Source: Vicugna vicugna (Eukaryota). Taken from it: 64,000 bases of DNA. The stretch is from the NCBI GenBank assembly GCA_013265495.1, contig MU058824.1:1577111-1641110 (forward strand), given 5' to 3'. Below are positions 12,820 through 25,975 of the stretch, in pieces. The translations under genes were made by a program, and so were the position numbers. The notes under the pieces were generated by a model that saw only the letters and a program-made list of their open reading frames with translations, searched no databases and had not been told where the DNA came from. The number at the start of each line of letters is the position of its first letter. Position 1 is the stretch's first letter.

Positions 12820-13030
12820 AAATAACAAGTAATTGTCTAGAACTTACAATGCTTGAGACCTTTTTAAGTACAGGTATTTACATTTAACTCAAACCTCATA
12901 ATCCTAAGAGGTAAGTACTATTGCCCCTATTGTACAGCTAGCGAAATGGAGACACAGAGCGGTCAAGTAACTTGTCCAAGATAACTCAGGTAGCAAGTAG
13001 AACAGGATTTGAACCCAGGCTCTTAACTAC
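12820..13030 (-). mobile_element. MIR SINE
   Basis: cctcataatcctaagaggtaagtactatt...gagacacagagcggtcaagtaacttgtccaag...ggatttgaacccaggc. Confidence 0.8.
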
Positions 13031-13094
13031 TTCACGGAGATTTCACCTTAAGCTAAACCAGAAGTCACTTCCATATCCTTGTTTAAAAAAAGCT

Positions 13095-13420
13095 AACAGC
13101 TTTTTATTGCAGATATAATTCACATACCATACAATTCACCCCTTTTAAGAATGTAATTCAATGATTATTGGCGTATTCACAGAGTTGTACAACCGTTACC
13201 ATCATCGATCTAAGAACATTTTCATCACCCTAAAAAGAAACCCTATAGCCATTAGCAGTCACTTCCTGTTTACCCCCAATTCCCCCGTCTCTGTCCCTGT
13301 CATCTGCTTTCCGTCTGTATGGATTGCCTATTCTGGACATTCTCTACAGATGGAATTACACAGTACATGGTCTGTTAAACCTGGTTCTTGCACTTAGCAT
13401 TGCATTTTCCAGGTTCATTT
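13095..13420 (-). mobile_element. L1MB-type LINE-1 3' UTR fragment
   Basis: ttattg.agatataattcacataccatacaattcacc, tattcacagagttgtacaacc, aacattttcatcaccc, ttgcctattctggacatt. Confidence 0.85.
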
Positions 13421-13589
13421 CCAGAGCTTGGCCAGGCTGCTCCCACTACCTGTGGTGGCCCTGCCCTGATTGGCAGGATGCTCCCTCCACTGCCCTCTCT
13501 GAGCTCTGGCTTCCCTAGTGATGGCACCTCCCTGCTCAGGTGTGGGAGGAAGGTGGATTTGGTGTGGCTCCATTGCTCTACATACTTTG

Positions 13590-13730
13590 TGCTCTTTGGC
13601 AAGCCACTGAAACCTCTCTGAGCCATAGTTTCTTCATCTGTGAAATGGGCGTAAATTAGTCTCTGCTTTTTGAGGTTGCTGTGAGGATTAAAGGAGATAG
13701 TTGCATACATGCATTTCACCAGACTGTGAC
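13590..13730 (+). mobile_element. MIR SINE
   Basis: ggcaagccactgaaacctctctgagccatagtttcttcatctgtgaaatggg...gttgctgtgaggattaaa. Confidence 0.8.
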
Positions 13731-15450
13731 TGGCCATGGGGCCAGCAGAATATGGATCCAGTTGGTCTTGGGCCTGTCTTAGAAATTCAGAGAAACCTCT
13801 GAGCTGGTAACTGTATGAGTCATCGTGTAGATCATTCCAGTATGTGGGGCGGTCGCCCTGTTATCTCATTTGATTCTCAGCAAACTGGTGAGGGGGGCAT
13901 CATGTCCACCCTCAAAGAAAGACCCAGGATATTCCCCAAGACCCCCCAGAGGAAGTGGCAGGATAGTTCCTTGCCAAGCCTGTGTTCTCTCTGCCTCATG
14001 ATCTCCCAGTAGGGCTTCTCCAGGTTTCGGGCCATGTGGGATCTGAGGACAATGACCCATTGGCAGGAGGAGAGAGAACCACAGGAGGTGGTATGGGCAC
14101 TGGGGGAAGTGTCTCCTGGACAATCTAGAGCCCTGATGTTCACGGTCTGGGGTTTCCTTGCTTGAGGAGGTGAGTGGGGATGAATGTGGGGTGGGTGCAG
14201 GGAGAGGTGGGTATGCAACGTGGCAACTGGGGTGCAGGCTAGAGTTCAGCCCCCTCTGCAGAGACCTCAGCTGTGACCTTTATATGTAGCCCAGCAGCGT
14301 GTGCTGGCCCAGGTGTAGGTCCCCAACATGTCCTGGTTCCAGGAAGGACAGTGCTTCCTGGCCAGAGGCAGACAGCAAGGCCTCAAGAGGCTAGGTAGAG
14401 GGCTTCTGAGGGGTGCTCTAGCCAGGCAAGGAGGGAGGGGTCGCATGTTGCAGAAAACCCTGCAGAACATCATGCTGATTCCTTCTCTCTCATCCTCCCA
14501 ATGCTCATGGGGGAACTGAGGCTCAGGGGGAGAATGGTCCTTGTCGAGGTCCCATCATAAATCAGAGTAAGCTGCTTTCCTGTCTGCCCTTGGCTTGGGC
14601 TCCTACTCAGGCTGGCTATTCACTCTCTGTGCGTTTGCCATGGCCCTCCTGTCCCGGCTTGGGCATTCTTGCTGTCTACCTTCGTGCTTCTGCAGCTGCC
14701 CAGCAGCTCCTCACTGCTGCCTTTCCCTGCCCCCAGCCCAGCGATGCTCTCACTCCCCACTCTGCCTCCCACCCTGACTCTCTCTGTCTTAGTTGCAACC
14801 ACCCACCCACCTTTTGTTTAACTTCTCATTTCTTTTCTCCTAGAAGACAGTATTTGAACAATTAGGATAATTGAAGTTTTTCTCTCCCACAGTTCTGGCC
14901 AAAACATATCAACCTTTCATGGAATTGGGGTGGGACACCCCAGCATCCCAGTGGGGTCAGGTTCAGGTTCCCTCTGGACTACTACAGGCTGAGACAGTCA
15001 AGGTCAAGGTTTCTTTTACTTCCCTTGCTCCTTGCGGTGAGCACATTTCTCCTGAAACCTGTAGGCACCCGCCTTCCTTCTGCCAGCCTGTCTGTCCTTC
15101 ACGCACATCCGTGCTGTTTGGAGGTGAGGCCACACCCTATGGGGCTCCCCACTGCCCTTGAGAGAAGGTCCAGCTCCTTCACAGCTCACAGGGCTTCAGC
15201 CATCTCACTGCCCTCTGTGCCTGCTTCAGCTCTTGCCATTCACCATCTTCCTTGACTCTCAGGACACATAGTTACTTGCAGATCTGTGCACCAGCCCTGC
15301 TATCTCACAGAGCAGAGGAAGGGTGTGGCCTCTGCAGTCAGACTGTGCCTTTGAATCCTGCCTCAGCCCCCTTCCCCCCTGAGGCCTGGGAAGTTACAGA
15401 ACCACTCAGGGCCTCAGGGTTCCCATCTGAAAACTGCATAAGAAGAGGAC

Positions 15451-15968
15451 TGTAGTAGGCAGAATCATGGACCTATTAGGTATCCACATCCTAATCCCAG
15501 ACCTGGGAGTATGTTACCTTACATAGCAAAAGGGATTTGACAGATGTAAGTAAATTAAGGATCTGGAGATGGGGAGATTGTCCTGGATTATTTAGGTGGG
15601 TCCAATATTATCACAAGGATCCTTACAAGGGAGGCAAGAGAGTTCAAGTAGAGAAGAAGATGTGACAACAAAAGTGGGAGTCAGGGTCAGAGAGAGATTT
15701 GAAGATGCTGCACTGCTAGCTTTGAAGTTGGAGGAAGAGACCATGAGCCAAGGAATGCAGGCAGCCTGTACAAGCTGGAAAAGGCAAGGGAATAGATTCT
15801 CCCCTTAGAGAGCCTCCAGAAGGAAAGCAGCCCTGGTTTTCTGCTTGATTTTAGCCCAGTGAGACCCATTTTGGACTTTGGCGTCCAGAACTGTAAGATC
15901 ATCATTGTGTTGTTTTAAGCTGCCAAGCTTGTGGTAATTTGTTACAGCAGCCATAGGAAACTGATACA
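15451..15968 (+). mobile_element. MaLR solo LTR MLT1D, inserted in a MIR (~15320-16050)
   Basis: Starts tgtagtaggcagaat, ends ggaaactgataca; internal gagccaaggaatgcaggcagcct and gagcctccagaagga. MIR core precedes it and the MIR 3' part follows. Confidence 0.9.
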
Positions 15969-16342
15969 CCACCTTACCTCTTACACCGTGAAGATTCACT
16001 GAGTTAAGACGCATGCTTAGGAGTGACCAGGAAACATCAGTAGTTGTTATTATCGCAGTCATTGTCACATCTCTTTTAAAATGCTGCTGTCCCACCTGAA
16101 ATAGCCCCCTCTGCTCTCCCTCTCCTACCCAGCCTCAGTACTTGACTATTCTGTTTGCCCTTCCTGACACTGCTCAGATATCACCTCCTCCAGAAAGCCA
16201 CTCCTGACCCTTCCCTCTGCACGTTGGAGCCAGACCACTACCTTCTCCATATCCCTGCAGTTGCCTGTGCTGTGCCCTGGAACCCCCATCACATTGTGTT
16301 GTAATTTTAAGTTCTTGTGTCCATCTTTCCCTGCACTGGACC

Positions 16343-17370
16343 ATTCATTCATTCAGCAAGTGTTTAGTAAATGCTTATTATATGCCAGACACAGTTCTCA
16401 GTATGAGGGATACATTTCACAAAACACAAAAATCCCTGCCCTCCTGGAGTTTACACTCCACTCTAGTGAGGAGAGACAGACAAACAAATCAGTAAATTAT
16501 ACAGTCAGATAGAAGATAGGTAACATAGAAGAAAATAAAGTGGGTAAATGGGATGGAGAGTGTTGGGGTGGCAGGGGTGTTGTAGTTTTGCGTAGTGTAA
16601 TCAGAAAGGCCTCACTGAGAAGGTTGTAGTTGAGCAAAGACTTAGAGGAGATGAGGAGTGAAACATGTGGCCACCTGGAGGAAGAGCCTTCAACAAAGAG
16701 AATAGCAAATGCAAAGGCCCTGGGGCTTGGTGTATGTTGTGGGTTGAATTATGTCCCCCAAACAGATATGTTAAAGTCTTCATCCCCAGTGTCTGTGAAA
16801 GTGACCTTATTTGGAAGTAGGGTTGTTGTAGATGTAATTAGTTAAGATGGCATTACACTGGAATAGGTTGTGCCCTTAATCCAATATGACTGCTGTCCTT
16901 ACAAGAAGAGGAAAGGAGACAGACAGAGACATATGGAGGGAGATGGGACACCATGTGATGACAGAGGCAGAAATTGAAGTGATGCGTCTACAGGCCAAGG
17001 AATGCCAAGGACTGCCAGCTGTCACCAGAAGCTAACAGAATGGCATGGAACAGATTCTCCCTAAAGCCTTTTGAAAGAACATGGCCCTGATGATAGCTTG
17101 ATTCTGGACTTTTATCTTCTAGAACTGTGAAAGAATAAAATTCTCTTATTTTAAGCCCCTCAATGGTGGTAATTTGTTACAGCAGCCCTAGAAAGCACAT
17201 TTAGGAGCAGTGAAGAGGCCAGCATGGCTGAAGAGAAAAGGAGGTGACACTGGGGAGGACCTAGCCAGAAGCAGATCACATGAGGTAGGGGGCATTGCAG
17301 GGACTTTGGCTCCAAGTGAGATGGGGATGCCACAGGAAGTCTTTGGGCCGAGCTGTGTGTGGTCTTAAGT
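16343..17370 (-). mobile_element. L2a LINE 3' region, interrupted by an MLT1B LTR
   Basis: cattcattcattcagcaagtgttt tail, ccctgccctcctggagtttaca, gaaggcctcactgagaagg-like block, gcaaatgcaaaggccctg; resumes at ~17200 with gaggccagcatggctg. Confidence 0.8.
16735..17199 (+). mobile_element. MaLR solo LTR, MLT1B-like
   Basis: tgttgtgggttgaattatgtccccc start, gtgaccttatttgga, gccaaggaatgccaagga, agaactgtgaaagaataaa, gtaatttgttacagcagcc. Confidence 0.9.
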
Positions 17371-18389
17371 AGAATCTGACCCTGAGTGTGCTTGTTTCTC
17401 TAGCACCTTGCACAGTCTGTGGCATGTAGCTGGCACCCAGCATTTATTCCTTCCTTCCTGTCACAGTCGGTGGATCTGGTTTGGTGGTTATAAAATATAT
17501 GTGCTATAGGTGGGATGAAGGAAGAGTGACTAGGCTCTAGGAACATGAAGGATGCTCTGATAATTATAATATTTAGGTTGATAAAAGGATATAGTTTTTC
17601 CTTGGGATGTTTGCAGGCATTTTGTTTTAAATTGCAAGACATAGTTTTTGTCTTAAAACCTTATAGTCAGTTGTTCTGTATTTTGATTAAAAATTGTGCA
17701 TTTTCAATGCAAACCCATATAGTATTGATTTTCAGATTCTTACTGTGGCTGAGGTACTCCATAGATAAGCCTCCCTTGCTTCTCCATGAGGCCTTCTGCC
17801 CTGGATCTCTTATAGACACATTATTATGGGGAAGCATTGATTTCTTGCCTAGTACAGTATGCCTTCTCTTTGAGGAAATGAAAAAAATCATGACAAATGA
17901 AAAGCCATTTTTCAAAGTGACTCTGATTCTTGTAGTTTATGATTCAAATATGAGGCCCGGGAGAGAGGACCCTAATTTTCTATGCTAATTATTTGGCTCC
18001 ACATGTAAAGGAAGGAGCCTTTAGTAGGTCCAGAGTCTGATGACAACAGTGGTTGCCGTCATTCTCTAAAATACCCTGCAGTTCACAGCGTGATTCTCTG
18101 GTTTGAATTTCAGACCAGGAGCAGCCCGCTGGGGCAACAGGTTCACATCCATCCCACAGATGCAGGGACAGAAGTTCAGAAGCTCAGAGAAGCAGAGTCT
18201 TTTTCCTGTGGTCACATAATAGGATGTAAGGTGTGTCCAGATTTGACTGGACATTCAGTGGACTGAAATAAAACAAGATGAGTGTTCTCAAGGCAGAAAT
18301 GGATGGAGAACCACATAATGCTGATGCCATAGTAACAGAACAAGAGCTCAGAGGGCAGGAAAGGGGTGGGGCCCCTCCAAGGCCTGGTT

Positions 18390-18850
18390 CCCTCTGTAAC
18401 CAGCTGAACAACCTCAGCCAACCTGCTCAACCTCTCTGAGCCTCTGGGTCCCCTCTCTGAAGTGAGAAAAATTGTCCCCATGCTGCCACCTCCCAGGACT
18501 GCATACCAGGAGATAATAGAGAAAGTGCTTCATAAATTGTGAAGGGCTCTTCATAAGCCAAAGGTAATTGCTGTGCAGATAAGAGTTTTGATTGTAGAGT
18601 CCATAATTCCTGGAACATTAATAACTATAATAGCTTTTTTTTCTCTTACTGAGCCATTACTCTGTGCCTGCCACTGTGCCTAGTGCTTCACATGAATTAT
18701 GGTATTTAATTCTAATTATGTTCTATGAGGTGGGTACTATTGTTAGCACACCTGTTTTGCAGATGGGGAAACTGAGGCTCAGAGACATAATTTGAGGGCC
18801 TCATCATTTGAGGGTCACACTCCTAATAGAGTAGAATTTAAACTGGGCTC
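18390..18850. mobile_element. Two MIR SINEs in tail-to-tail orientation (+ ~18390-18570; - ~18620-18850)
   Basis: aacctctctgagcctc...aaagtgctt; then ttactgagccattactctgtgcc...ttttgcagatggggaaactgaggctcagaga. Confidence 0.7.
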
Positions 18851-19179
18851 TTCATGTTCAATAGCTTGTGAATGTCAGCTCCCTCCTTTAGAGGGATAAT
18901 GGGTCTGGAGATGGACTAGGCAAGCCCTTGATTACAGATGATGAAAGCTTCTGTAAGAAGGAAGCATCAGGTCCAAGGTCACCCAGAGCCGGTGTCTCAG
19001 ACAGGATCTGAACCCAATTCCAAAGGTTCCTTCTTGCCTCTTCTGTTAACCAAATTATCATCTGCTCTTTTGCCCCTACTTGCCCTGGAGAATATCTCTT
19101 TTCTTATACCATCTAAAAATCAAGGGGTAGATTGGCAAAGAGAAATTGATGACCAAATGTTAAAGAGAAATTGACAACC

Positions 19180-19543
19180 AAATGTTATGTGTGATTTTTT
19201 AAAACGTGGAATTAAAGAAAATTATAAAAGACATTTTAGAGACAGCTGGAAGTTTGAAATACAAATTTAATTTTAAGTAATATTATTTTCTGAGTATTAC
19301 TTTTTTAAGTGTGTAGTAGGTGGGAGAGTGTCCTCATTTTTCAGAGCTACATCCCAAAGTATTGGGGGTAAAGTGGTCTTACGTTTGCAACCTACAATCA
19401 AACAATTCAGGGGAAAAAATAAAGGAGAGAGAGAAGCAAATGTGGGAAAATATTATCAGTTGGTGAATAGATTAAAAGTATAGGTATTAAGTGTACTATT
19501 CTTTCAACTTTTCTGTAGATTTGAAAATTTTTAAATAAAAAGT
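19180..19543 (+). mobile_element. Old LINE-1 3' end (L1ME/L1MC-like)
   Basis: ataaaagacatttt...agcaaatgtgg.aaaat...tgtactattctttcaacttttctgtagatttgaaaatttt..aaataaaaagt. Confidence 0.75.
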
Positions 19544-19599
19544 ATCAGTGGAAGGAAAATAATTCAATAATTTAATTCAGTTGATAGCTGAGGAAGGAT

Positions 19600-19790
19600 C
19601 GCCATTTGCTGAATGCATTTTGTGAGCCGGCCACTGGCATGAGCTGTCTCATTTTCTCATAGCTCCTCTGTTAGGTAGGTGTTGTTATCCCTAGTTTGCA
19701 AATGACCCAGCAAAGCTCAGAGAGGGTAAGTGACATGCCCATGGTCACACAGCAAGTGAATGGTGAGTTTCAGGTCTGCATGAAGCCTTC
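19600..19790 (-). mobile_element. MIR SINE
   Basis: aggtaggtgttgttatccc...gctcagagagggtaagtgacatgcccatggtcacacagc. Confidence 0.75.
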
Positions 19791-21129
19791 AGAGCGATCA
19801 GCTAGACCCCTAATTAACCCTTCACCTCTCCCTACTCTTTGACTCTTCCTCTTCTAGCTTTTTGGTGATGGGCATGCACACAGAAATTACTTTTCATATC
19901 CCAACAGGAACCTTAAAGGCTGAGTAAAAAACACCCTATACTATGAATCAGGGCCCTCAGTCAGAAGTAAGAAAATAAAAACTCCCAAGTATCCAAAACT
20001 TCATTCATTGACCAGAGTGCCCACAGAAAAGAGAGTCCTGGAAAAATAAATGTTGACATTTGACACCACTGGAGCACCAATTTAAAAAGGCACTTTAAAC
20101 CAAAATTGACTTCACAAAAATCAATATTGAAAAATCAGACTTGGATTCCAATGAAATATCAGTCTCTTGATGTTTATTGACTTGGGTAAATGTTGGCATT
20201 TTATAGCCCAGAATTAAAATAATAGAATTTTAGACAAGAGCTCTGAGATCATCCTGTTACCTGCTAATATCTCTTTCTGGACTCTGCTTAGCTGGATAAT
20301 GTTTTTATTATGTTTAATTACCCTATCTTAAACTGTGTTTAATTTTATAAACCTCCCTCAAATCTTGGTCCCAGGGCACAAGTTCTAATAAATATTTTAT
20401 TTTCCAAAAGAAGAGCCAGGGTAGGCTTAAACTAAATATGTCACTTAATAGAGGAGGAAACTGGCCTGGGAGTGACTGGCTTGAGGTCAGAGCTGGGACT
20501 GGAGCTGGGGTTGAAGGCCAGGCATGCACCACTGCACCACACTTCCTCCGTTCCTTTCTCTTCTGGATTCCATCAGTCAGGTGGCTTGTAAAGGAGCGAA
20601 GAGTGGTTAGCAATGGCATATTCACCAGAACATGGTGGTGAGGTGGGAACCATGTTAATTGGATTTCAACTGGGGAAAAAAGAGACAGGAAGGGAGGGAG
20701 GGAAGGGAGAAAGAGAGAGAGATTCTTTTTCTTTGAATGGAAGCATCTTTTGTCATGGTTTTAGGATAAGACGCAGAACAGGCCATTAAATTAGAGATAC
20801 TATTGTTTCATCCTAACATTCTTTCATCTGCCTAATTAAATACTGCACACAAACCCCCAACTATTGTGATCAAACAATCCCTACAATGTCAAGATTACAA
20901 AGAGGGCACAAGAGTAGTAATTATGCTGAGTCTGGCTCCCCTTCTGAGGGCCACTATTATTAAGCTGTTTAGAAGGATCTTGTGTAGGAAAGGTGGAGGC
21001 CCTTCATGAGGTCTGCAACCAGAGACCTAGGTTCACAGGGTCAGTTCACCCCGAGGCCTGACTGCAGTGGGGACTCGGGTCTCTAACATGAGTGAAAGAC
21101 ATTTCTGGATGACGGCAAGAGTAAGAATG

Positions 21130-21340
21130 ACACCTACTTGGTGGAGCGCTTTCTGTGGACCAGGCCCTAGGCTAATTACACTTTTTATGTACCTTTTCCC
21201 CTTTTAGCCCTTGCAGACAACCAGCTGGGATAGATATCATCCCATTTTATAGGTGAGGAAACTAAGGCTCAAAGCACTCAAGGTCATATCACCTGTAGGT
21301 AGTGGAGCCAAACTGGACACAGGACTCTCAGGCTCTAAGT
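21130..21340 (-). mobile_element. MIR SINE
   Basis: atcccattttataggtgaggaaactaaggctca...aaggtcata...gtagtggagcca. Confidence 0.75.
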
Positions 21341-22824
21341 CCAAGTCTCACAGGGAGATCAAGGCTTCAGGGAGATGGTCCCAGCCCCTGTCAGCCTCGC
21401 CCCCTTCCATCCCTGCACTTGGCCTGTGGGCTTATGATCTGCTGAGCGTGAGGCTGGTCCCTCAGCCTGGGCTCCTTACCATTCCCTCACCTAGCAGCTC
21501 AGGGACGCCTGTGAATGACGTTGCTCCCCCGCCGAGCCATCCCCACTGTGACACTGGCACTCAGTTTCCTGAAACTTTTTTGGGTAACGGACGATCTGGG
21601 TCTCCCATATTCACCAGAGGAGAGGTAAGGATTTCTAAATGATCTCATCAGAGATTGGAGGCCAAAGAAATCCATTTAGGAACTTGAGTTATCTGATTGT
21701 GCAAATAAGCCAGAAAATCCCATCTCCCTCGTCACTCCTCTTGCTGATTCTTGATATTTTTGTATGAACCACAGTAGAGTGTCTAATGCATATGTCTTCA
21801 TCATGAATTCAACAAGTATAAAGAATGTAACTACAAAATCAGAGATCTTAGAGGTCTTTGGGCCCACAAAGCCAGCCGGGACCCTGTCTCCCCCCAGGCT
21901 GTATTTGCAACCCCTCCTCCAGGCGTCCTTAGTTCCTTCTGGACTTTCTCATGGAACTTCTTGTGCTGCCTTTTACTTCCCGATGCCCTGTTTCACCTCA
22001 CCCTCCAGACTCCCACCTCCTCCAGGGTGCGACTTGGGTCTCACTTACCTCCGTGACCCCGCACGTGCTTGGTTTTTGGCATAATTTAGTATTCAGACAC
22101 ACACACATGACAGAAACTTGCAACCAACCATCATACAGAGCATTTACGGAGGTGAGCTGGGAGTTGTTTAAATGTAATGCGGCATCTCCTGATGATTCTA
22201 AGTCTCGGTGGTACCTGGGGGAGCCTGAAATGCCGGTGTATGAAGTGAAACACCCTGGCAGGGGGACTGTGATGCACGTCTCTGCCTTGTGAGAGCAGGG
22301 AAATTTAAAAGTGTCTAAATCAGAATCTTTAGTTTACAAATATGGAAACACATTCATAGATCAGCACCTCCTTTAGCCAGAGGGCATGGAATCCAGCACC
22401 TCAGCTATCTAGATCCCTGCCTGGGATCTGCAGGTCTCTGAACAGCAGGAAAAGAAGACTTATTAGACTCACTCAGTTTAAAAATGGGAGGTCTGCTTAG
22501 GGCTTCACTCCATGCCTACTTGTACTTGTTTTGTGTACTGTTCTCACCAGAAAGTTATATTTGGTTTCCAGTCTACAGCAAGTTAACCAATTGGGAGTAG
22601 ATGTCAGGTTGATGTAGGCAGAGAGCCAGCAGCAAGAAGTGACAGCTTACCACCTGACTCAGAGGGTGAGAGGGAAAAATGTCAGAGAAGGACCTAGGGA
22701 CTAAAAAAGCATTGGAGGAATGAAGTTGTAGGGCAGAGTAACACCCCACACCCTCTGCCTTCCAGGGGAGCTGCACGTAATCCTGGCTGGTTCATGCTTG
22801 ATTTCATGATCATCTGTTGAATTT

Positions 22825-23205
22825 GTAAGTCAATACGTCTCTGAGCCTCGATTTCCTTATCTGTAAAATGGAAATAGTAATTTATTGGGTTCCTATGTGT
22901 TAGGCACTGTTCTTCATTCTTTACCTGTGCCAGTTTATTTAATTCTCCTGCTGATTATGAAGTGTGCGCTATTTATTATCACTAAGAAACGGAAGCACAG
23001 ACCAGAAGCAAAGCTGCCCAAACCCACAGGGCTCATAAATGGCAAAACCGGATTCTAGGCCAGGCAGCCAGGCTCCTCTGATCTCACATAACCAGCTGTT
23101 ATTCTGGAGCAATAATCATGCTTCCCTCAAAGAGCTGTTTCGTGGGTTAGATTAAACCGATATGAAGAAGCCTAGCAGTTTCGGCACATGCCAGGTGGTC
23201 TGAAT
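22825..23205. mobile_element. MIR (+) containing an oppositely oriented MIR (~22880-23100)
   Basis: tctctgagcctcgatttccttatctgtaaaatgg, then tttattgggttcctatgtgttaggcactg...gcccaaacccacag (minus), then the plus-strand MIR 3' part from ataatcatgcttccctca. Confidence 0.6.
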
Positions 23206-24169
23206 GAAGGGGCTGGAGCTGTGTACCACACCCCTCGTTTAGGAGAGCAGAGGGTCAACAGTGATTATATCTGGAGGGTGAGGCTAGAAGGAAGGGGAGC
23301 AAGTAGGAGCTTGCATTTCCTACTTGATGCGTTACAGTATTATTGGAATTTTCTACAAGCATGAGTAACCTTAGCAATTTAAAACACGTTCATGGGGGAA
23401 AGAGAAAGAGTTGTAAGCAATAAGAACATGTTTAAAATCTTCCAGTGTGTCTAAATGTATATACACTTTAAAAATGAATCCATCAAAAAATACTTGAATG
23501 TTTGGGCTTTTAAAGATACACACTCGAATTATCTAGAAATTCACTCCCGTGCAAGCATCAACGCTGTCTCATTGTCCCACTGTGGACATTGCCTGTTGCT
23601 GCACCGTGGGCTTGTAGTTGTTCCTTGCCTCTCAGAATTCTCACACCCAGAGCAGCAATCCGTGCCTCTGAGGGCTGTCACTGTCATCCCGTCATCTGCA
23701 CAGACAGGAGCGGCGCACTCCGCTGTGACTGTGCCTGCTAGGGGCTGGCGACCCAGGGGTGAATGGGACAGTATCTCGGCCTCAGGAGCCCATCAAGTGA
23801 GGGCAACAGAGGTGGACCAGCCAGCCTCAGGCTGAGCGAGGGGTAAGCCTGGGGTGTGGTTCCTTCTGTGGGGGAATCAAGAAAGGGGTGTGTCCATTAA
23901 GCCTAGAAGGATAAGATTTTGATAGAAAAGACTGTAGGACTGAGATGCTGTTCTGGGCTGAGAGAACAACAGAAGCAGAGAAGCAGGTTTATTTACCCTG
24001 AAAGTCTATTTCTGGGCAACAGAATAATGGAGAGCTATATTAAAAAGAGCCATCCCCTGGATGAATTAAGTTTACAGTCTCAGTTTCTGGTCAGGTTCTA
24101 GGACTGATACTCATGGATTCTTTCCTTCCTCCCCTTCCTTCCTCTGTTTCCTCCTTCCTTTCGGTTTTC

Positions 24170-24680
24170 AGGGTGCTGGGGCTTTGTTTTAAGCAGGCTG
24201 GTGAGACATGCTAATATAGACTGTTGTGAAGGAAGGTGTTTACACTCACAGTCCCCTAGAAACAGCAGGCACAGCACTTCCCACAAAGGGAAGCACCCTG
24301 GTTGGTCAGGAGGCAGAGGGAGTGACGGGGGCACATGGGCAAGAGCCTTTATTGTGGTTTCCGTGGGAAGAAATAGATGAGTCAGGGTCAGCAGCTTAGG
24401 ATTGGCGAGTTTGAATAACATCAGTTGGTTCTAGGGCTCAGGGCTGTCCCTAGTTGTCTGGTACCTGTCCCTGGGCTGATGAGGGCAGGGGACAGTGCCC
24501 AGAGCTCAGGAAAGTGGTTGGGGGTATGGGCTCTGGACTGGTTTACAGGCAAAAGGCTCACAGGCTGGTTGACTGTTTCTAAGGAATTGACACACTCTGG
24601 GAGGGGCAGTCCCTTTAGGGCCAGCAGGGCCCCAGATGTCAAAGCATCAGAGTGCAGAACATAAAAGAGGTAGTTAATCT
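24170..24680 (-). mobile_element. ERVL solo LTR, MER74-like
   Basis: gggcaagagcctttattgtggtttcc, ttaggattggcgagtttgaataa, gctgtccctagttgtctggtacctg, gggaggggcagtccct, cccagatgtcaaagcatca. Confidence 0.85.
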
Positions 24681-24734
24681 TCCTTCCTTTCCCCTCTCCC
24701 TTCTTTCCTTCCTTAATTCTTTCCTCCTTCCTTC

Positions 24735-25790
24735 CAACTTTAAAACATATCACAAAATATTTCAAACATACAGAAAAAGATAAATATTTATAGCTACAAT
24801 GTAGCTTATCCCTACAACTCAGATTTGAAAATGTGAATCTTTTCCTTCCAGACCTCATTTTCAAAAAAACCAAAGCATTACAAACACAGCCAGAGTTACC
24901 TCTTTACCCTTCCCATTCCCACTTCCCTCCCTTCTTCCTTCCACAGAAATAACAACTGTCTGGAAGTTGGTTGTATTTTTCCCATCTCTATTTTTATATT
25001 TTACTACAGATGTACATGTCCATAAACAACATATAGATAGTATTTTTAAATCTTGATACAAACATCATACTGTAAATAACATTTTTTATCCCATTTTGTT
25101 ATACTCAGTTTGTCTTTTAATAGGTAGTTTTTAATTGGTTTATATTTATTGTGATTCCTGCCATATTTCTACCATCTTATTTTGGGTGTTCCTTCTGCCA
25201 CCCCATTTTTTCCCTCTACTGACGTGGTTATACCCTTAACATTTTAGTGTACATTCTGAATTATATTTTTTTCCTCCTAAAATCCAAAGGAACTCAGTAT
25301 ATTTCTCCTCTACTGAATCTGACAAGAATTGTAACAATGTCTAACACACCCACTAATTGTTTCCTAGAACTCTGTATTTCTTATTGTTTCCTAGAACTTT
25401 GGTTTCACTAATTAAAAACTTTTTTAGTCATTATTTTTATTTTTTAGTTAATAATTTAATTTGCCTACACGTTTTACCAATGTTATTGCTCACCCTTGTT
25501 TTTGTTTTTGTTTTGTGTCCCATTCCTTCTGGGTTCACTTCTCTTGCTCAGTTCATTCTTAAGTTGTAGTCAGTACATATAATAGGGGTCGAAGGTGGTC
25601 AACTCACAATATTTGAATGTCATAAAATGTCTCTATTTTCCTCTCACTTTTGAGTAATAGTTTAGCAGGGTATAGAATTCTAGGCAAACGGTTATTTATC
25701 TTTAGAACTTTGTCTTTTGGATCTGTTGTTGTCAATGAGAAGTCTGCTGTCCATCTGATTCTTTATAAACAGCCTTTTCCTGGTAGCTCT
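24735..25790 (-). mobile_element. Old LINE-1 (L1M) fragments
   Basis: aaaatatttcaaacatacagaaaa; T-rich strand; tagtttagcagggtatagaattctagg and tgagaagtctgctgtc blocks. Confidence 0.65.
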
Positions 25791-25799
25791 TGAGGCCTA

Positions 25800-25975
25800 T
25801 GCCTGGAACCAGCTTACTGTCCCTTTTGTTGTATTCTGTTGGCCAAATCAAGTCACAAGGCCAGCCTGGATTCAAGAAGTGGGAAAGTAAATTCCATCTT
25901 TTGATGGAAGGAGTGGGAAAGTCATTTTACAATGGCCTTGGGTGCAGGATTGACTGAAGTGATTACGGTCATTTT
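25800..25975 (-). mobile_element. MLT1 (H/I/J-like) LTR fragment
   Basis: attctgttggccaaatcaagtcacaaggccagcctggattcaag...tcttttgatggaaggag. Confidence 0.6.

Noticed and set aside
17545..17988. 147-aa hydrophobic ORF
   Set aside because: T-rich intronic composition explains the F/L/I bias; no recognisable homology.
8481..25400. Short tandem duplications (8481-8520, 19141-19190, 25357-25400) as possible arrays
   Set aside because: Two-copy 20-27 bp slippage duplications without spacers; not CRISPR-like or otherwise structured.
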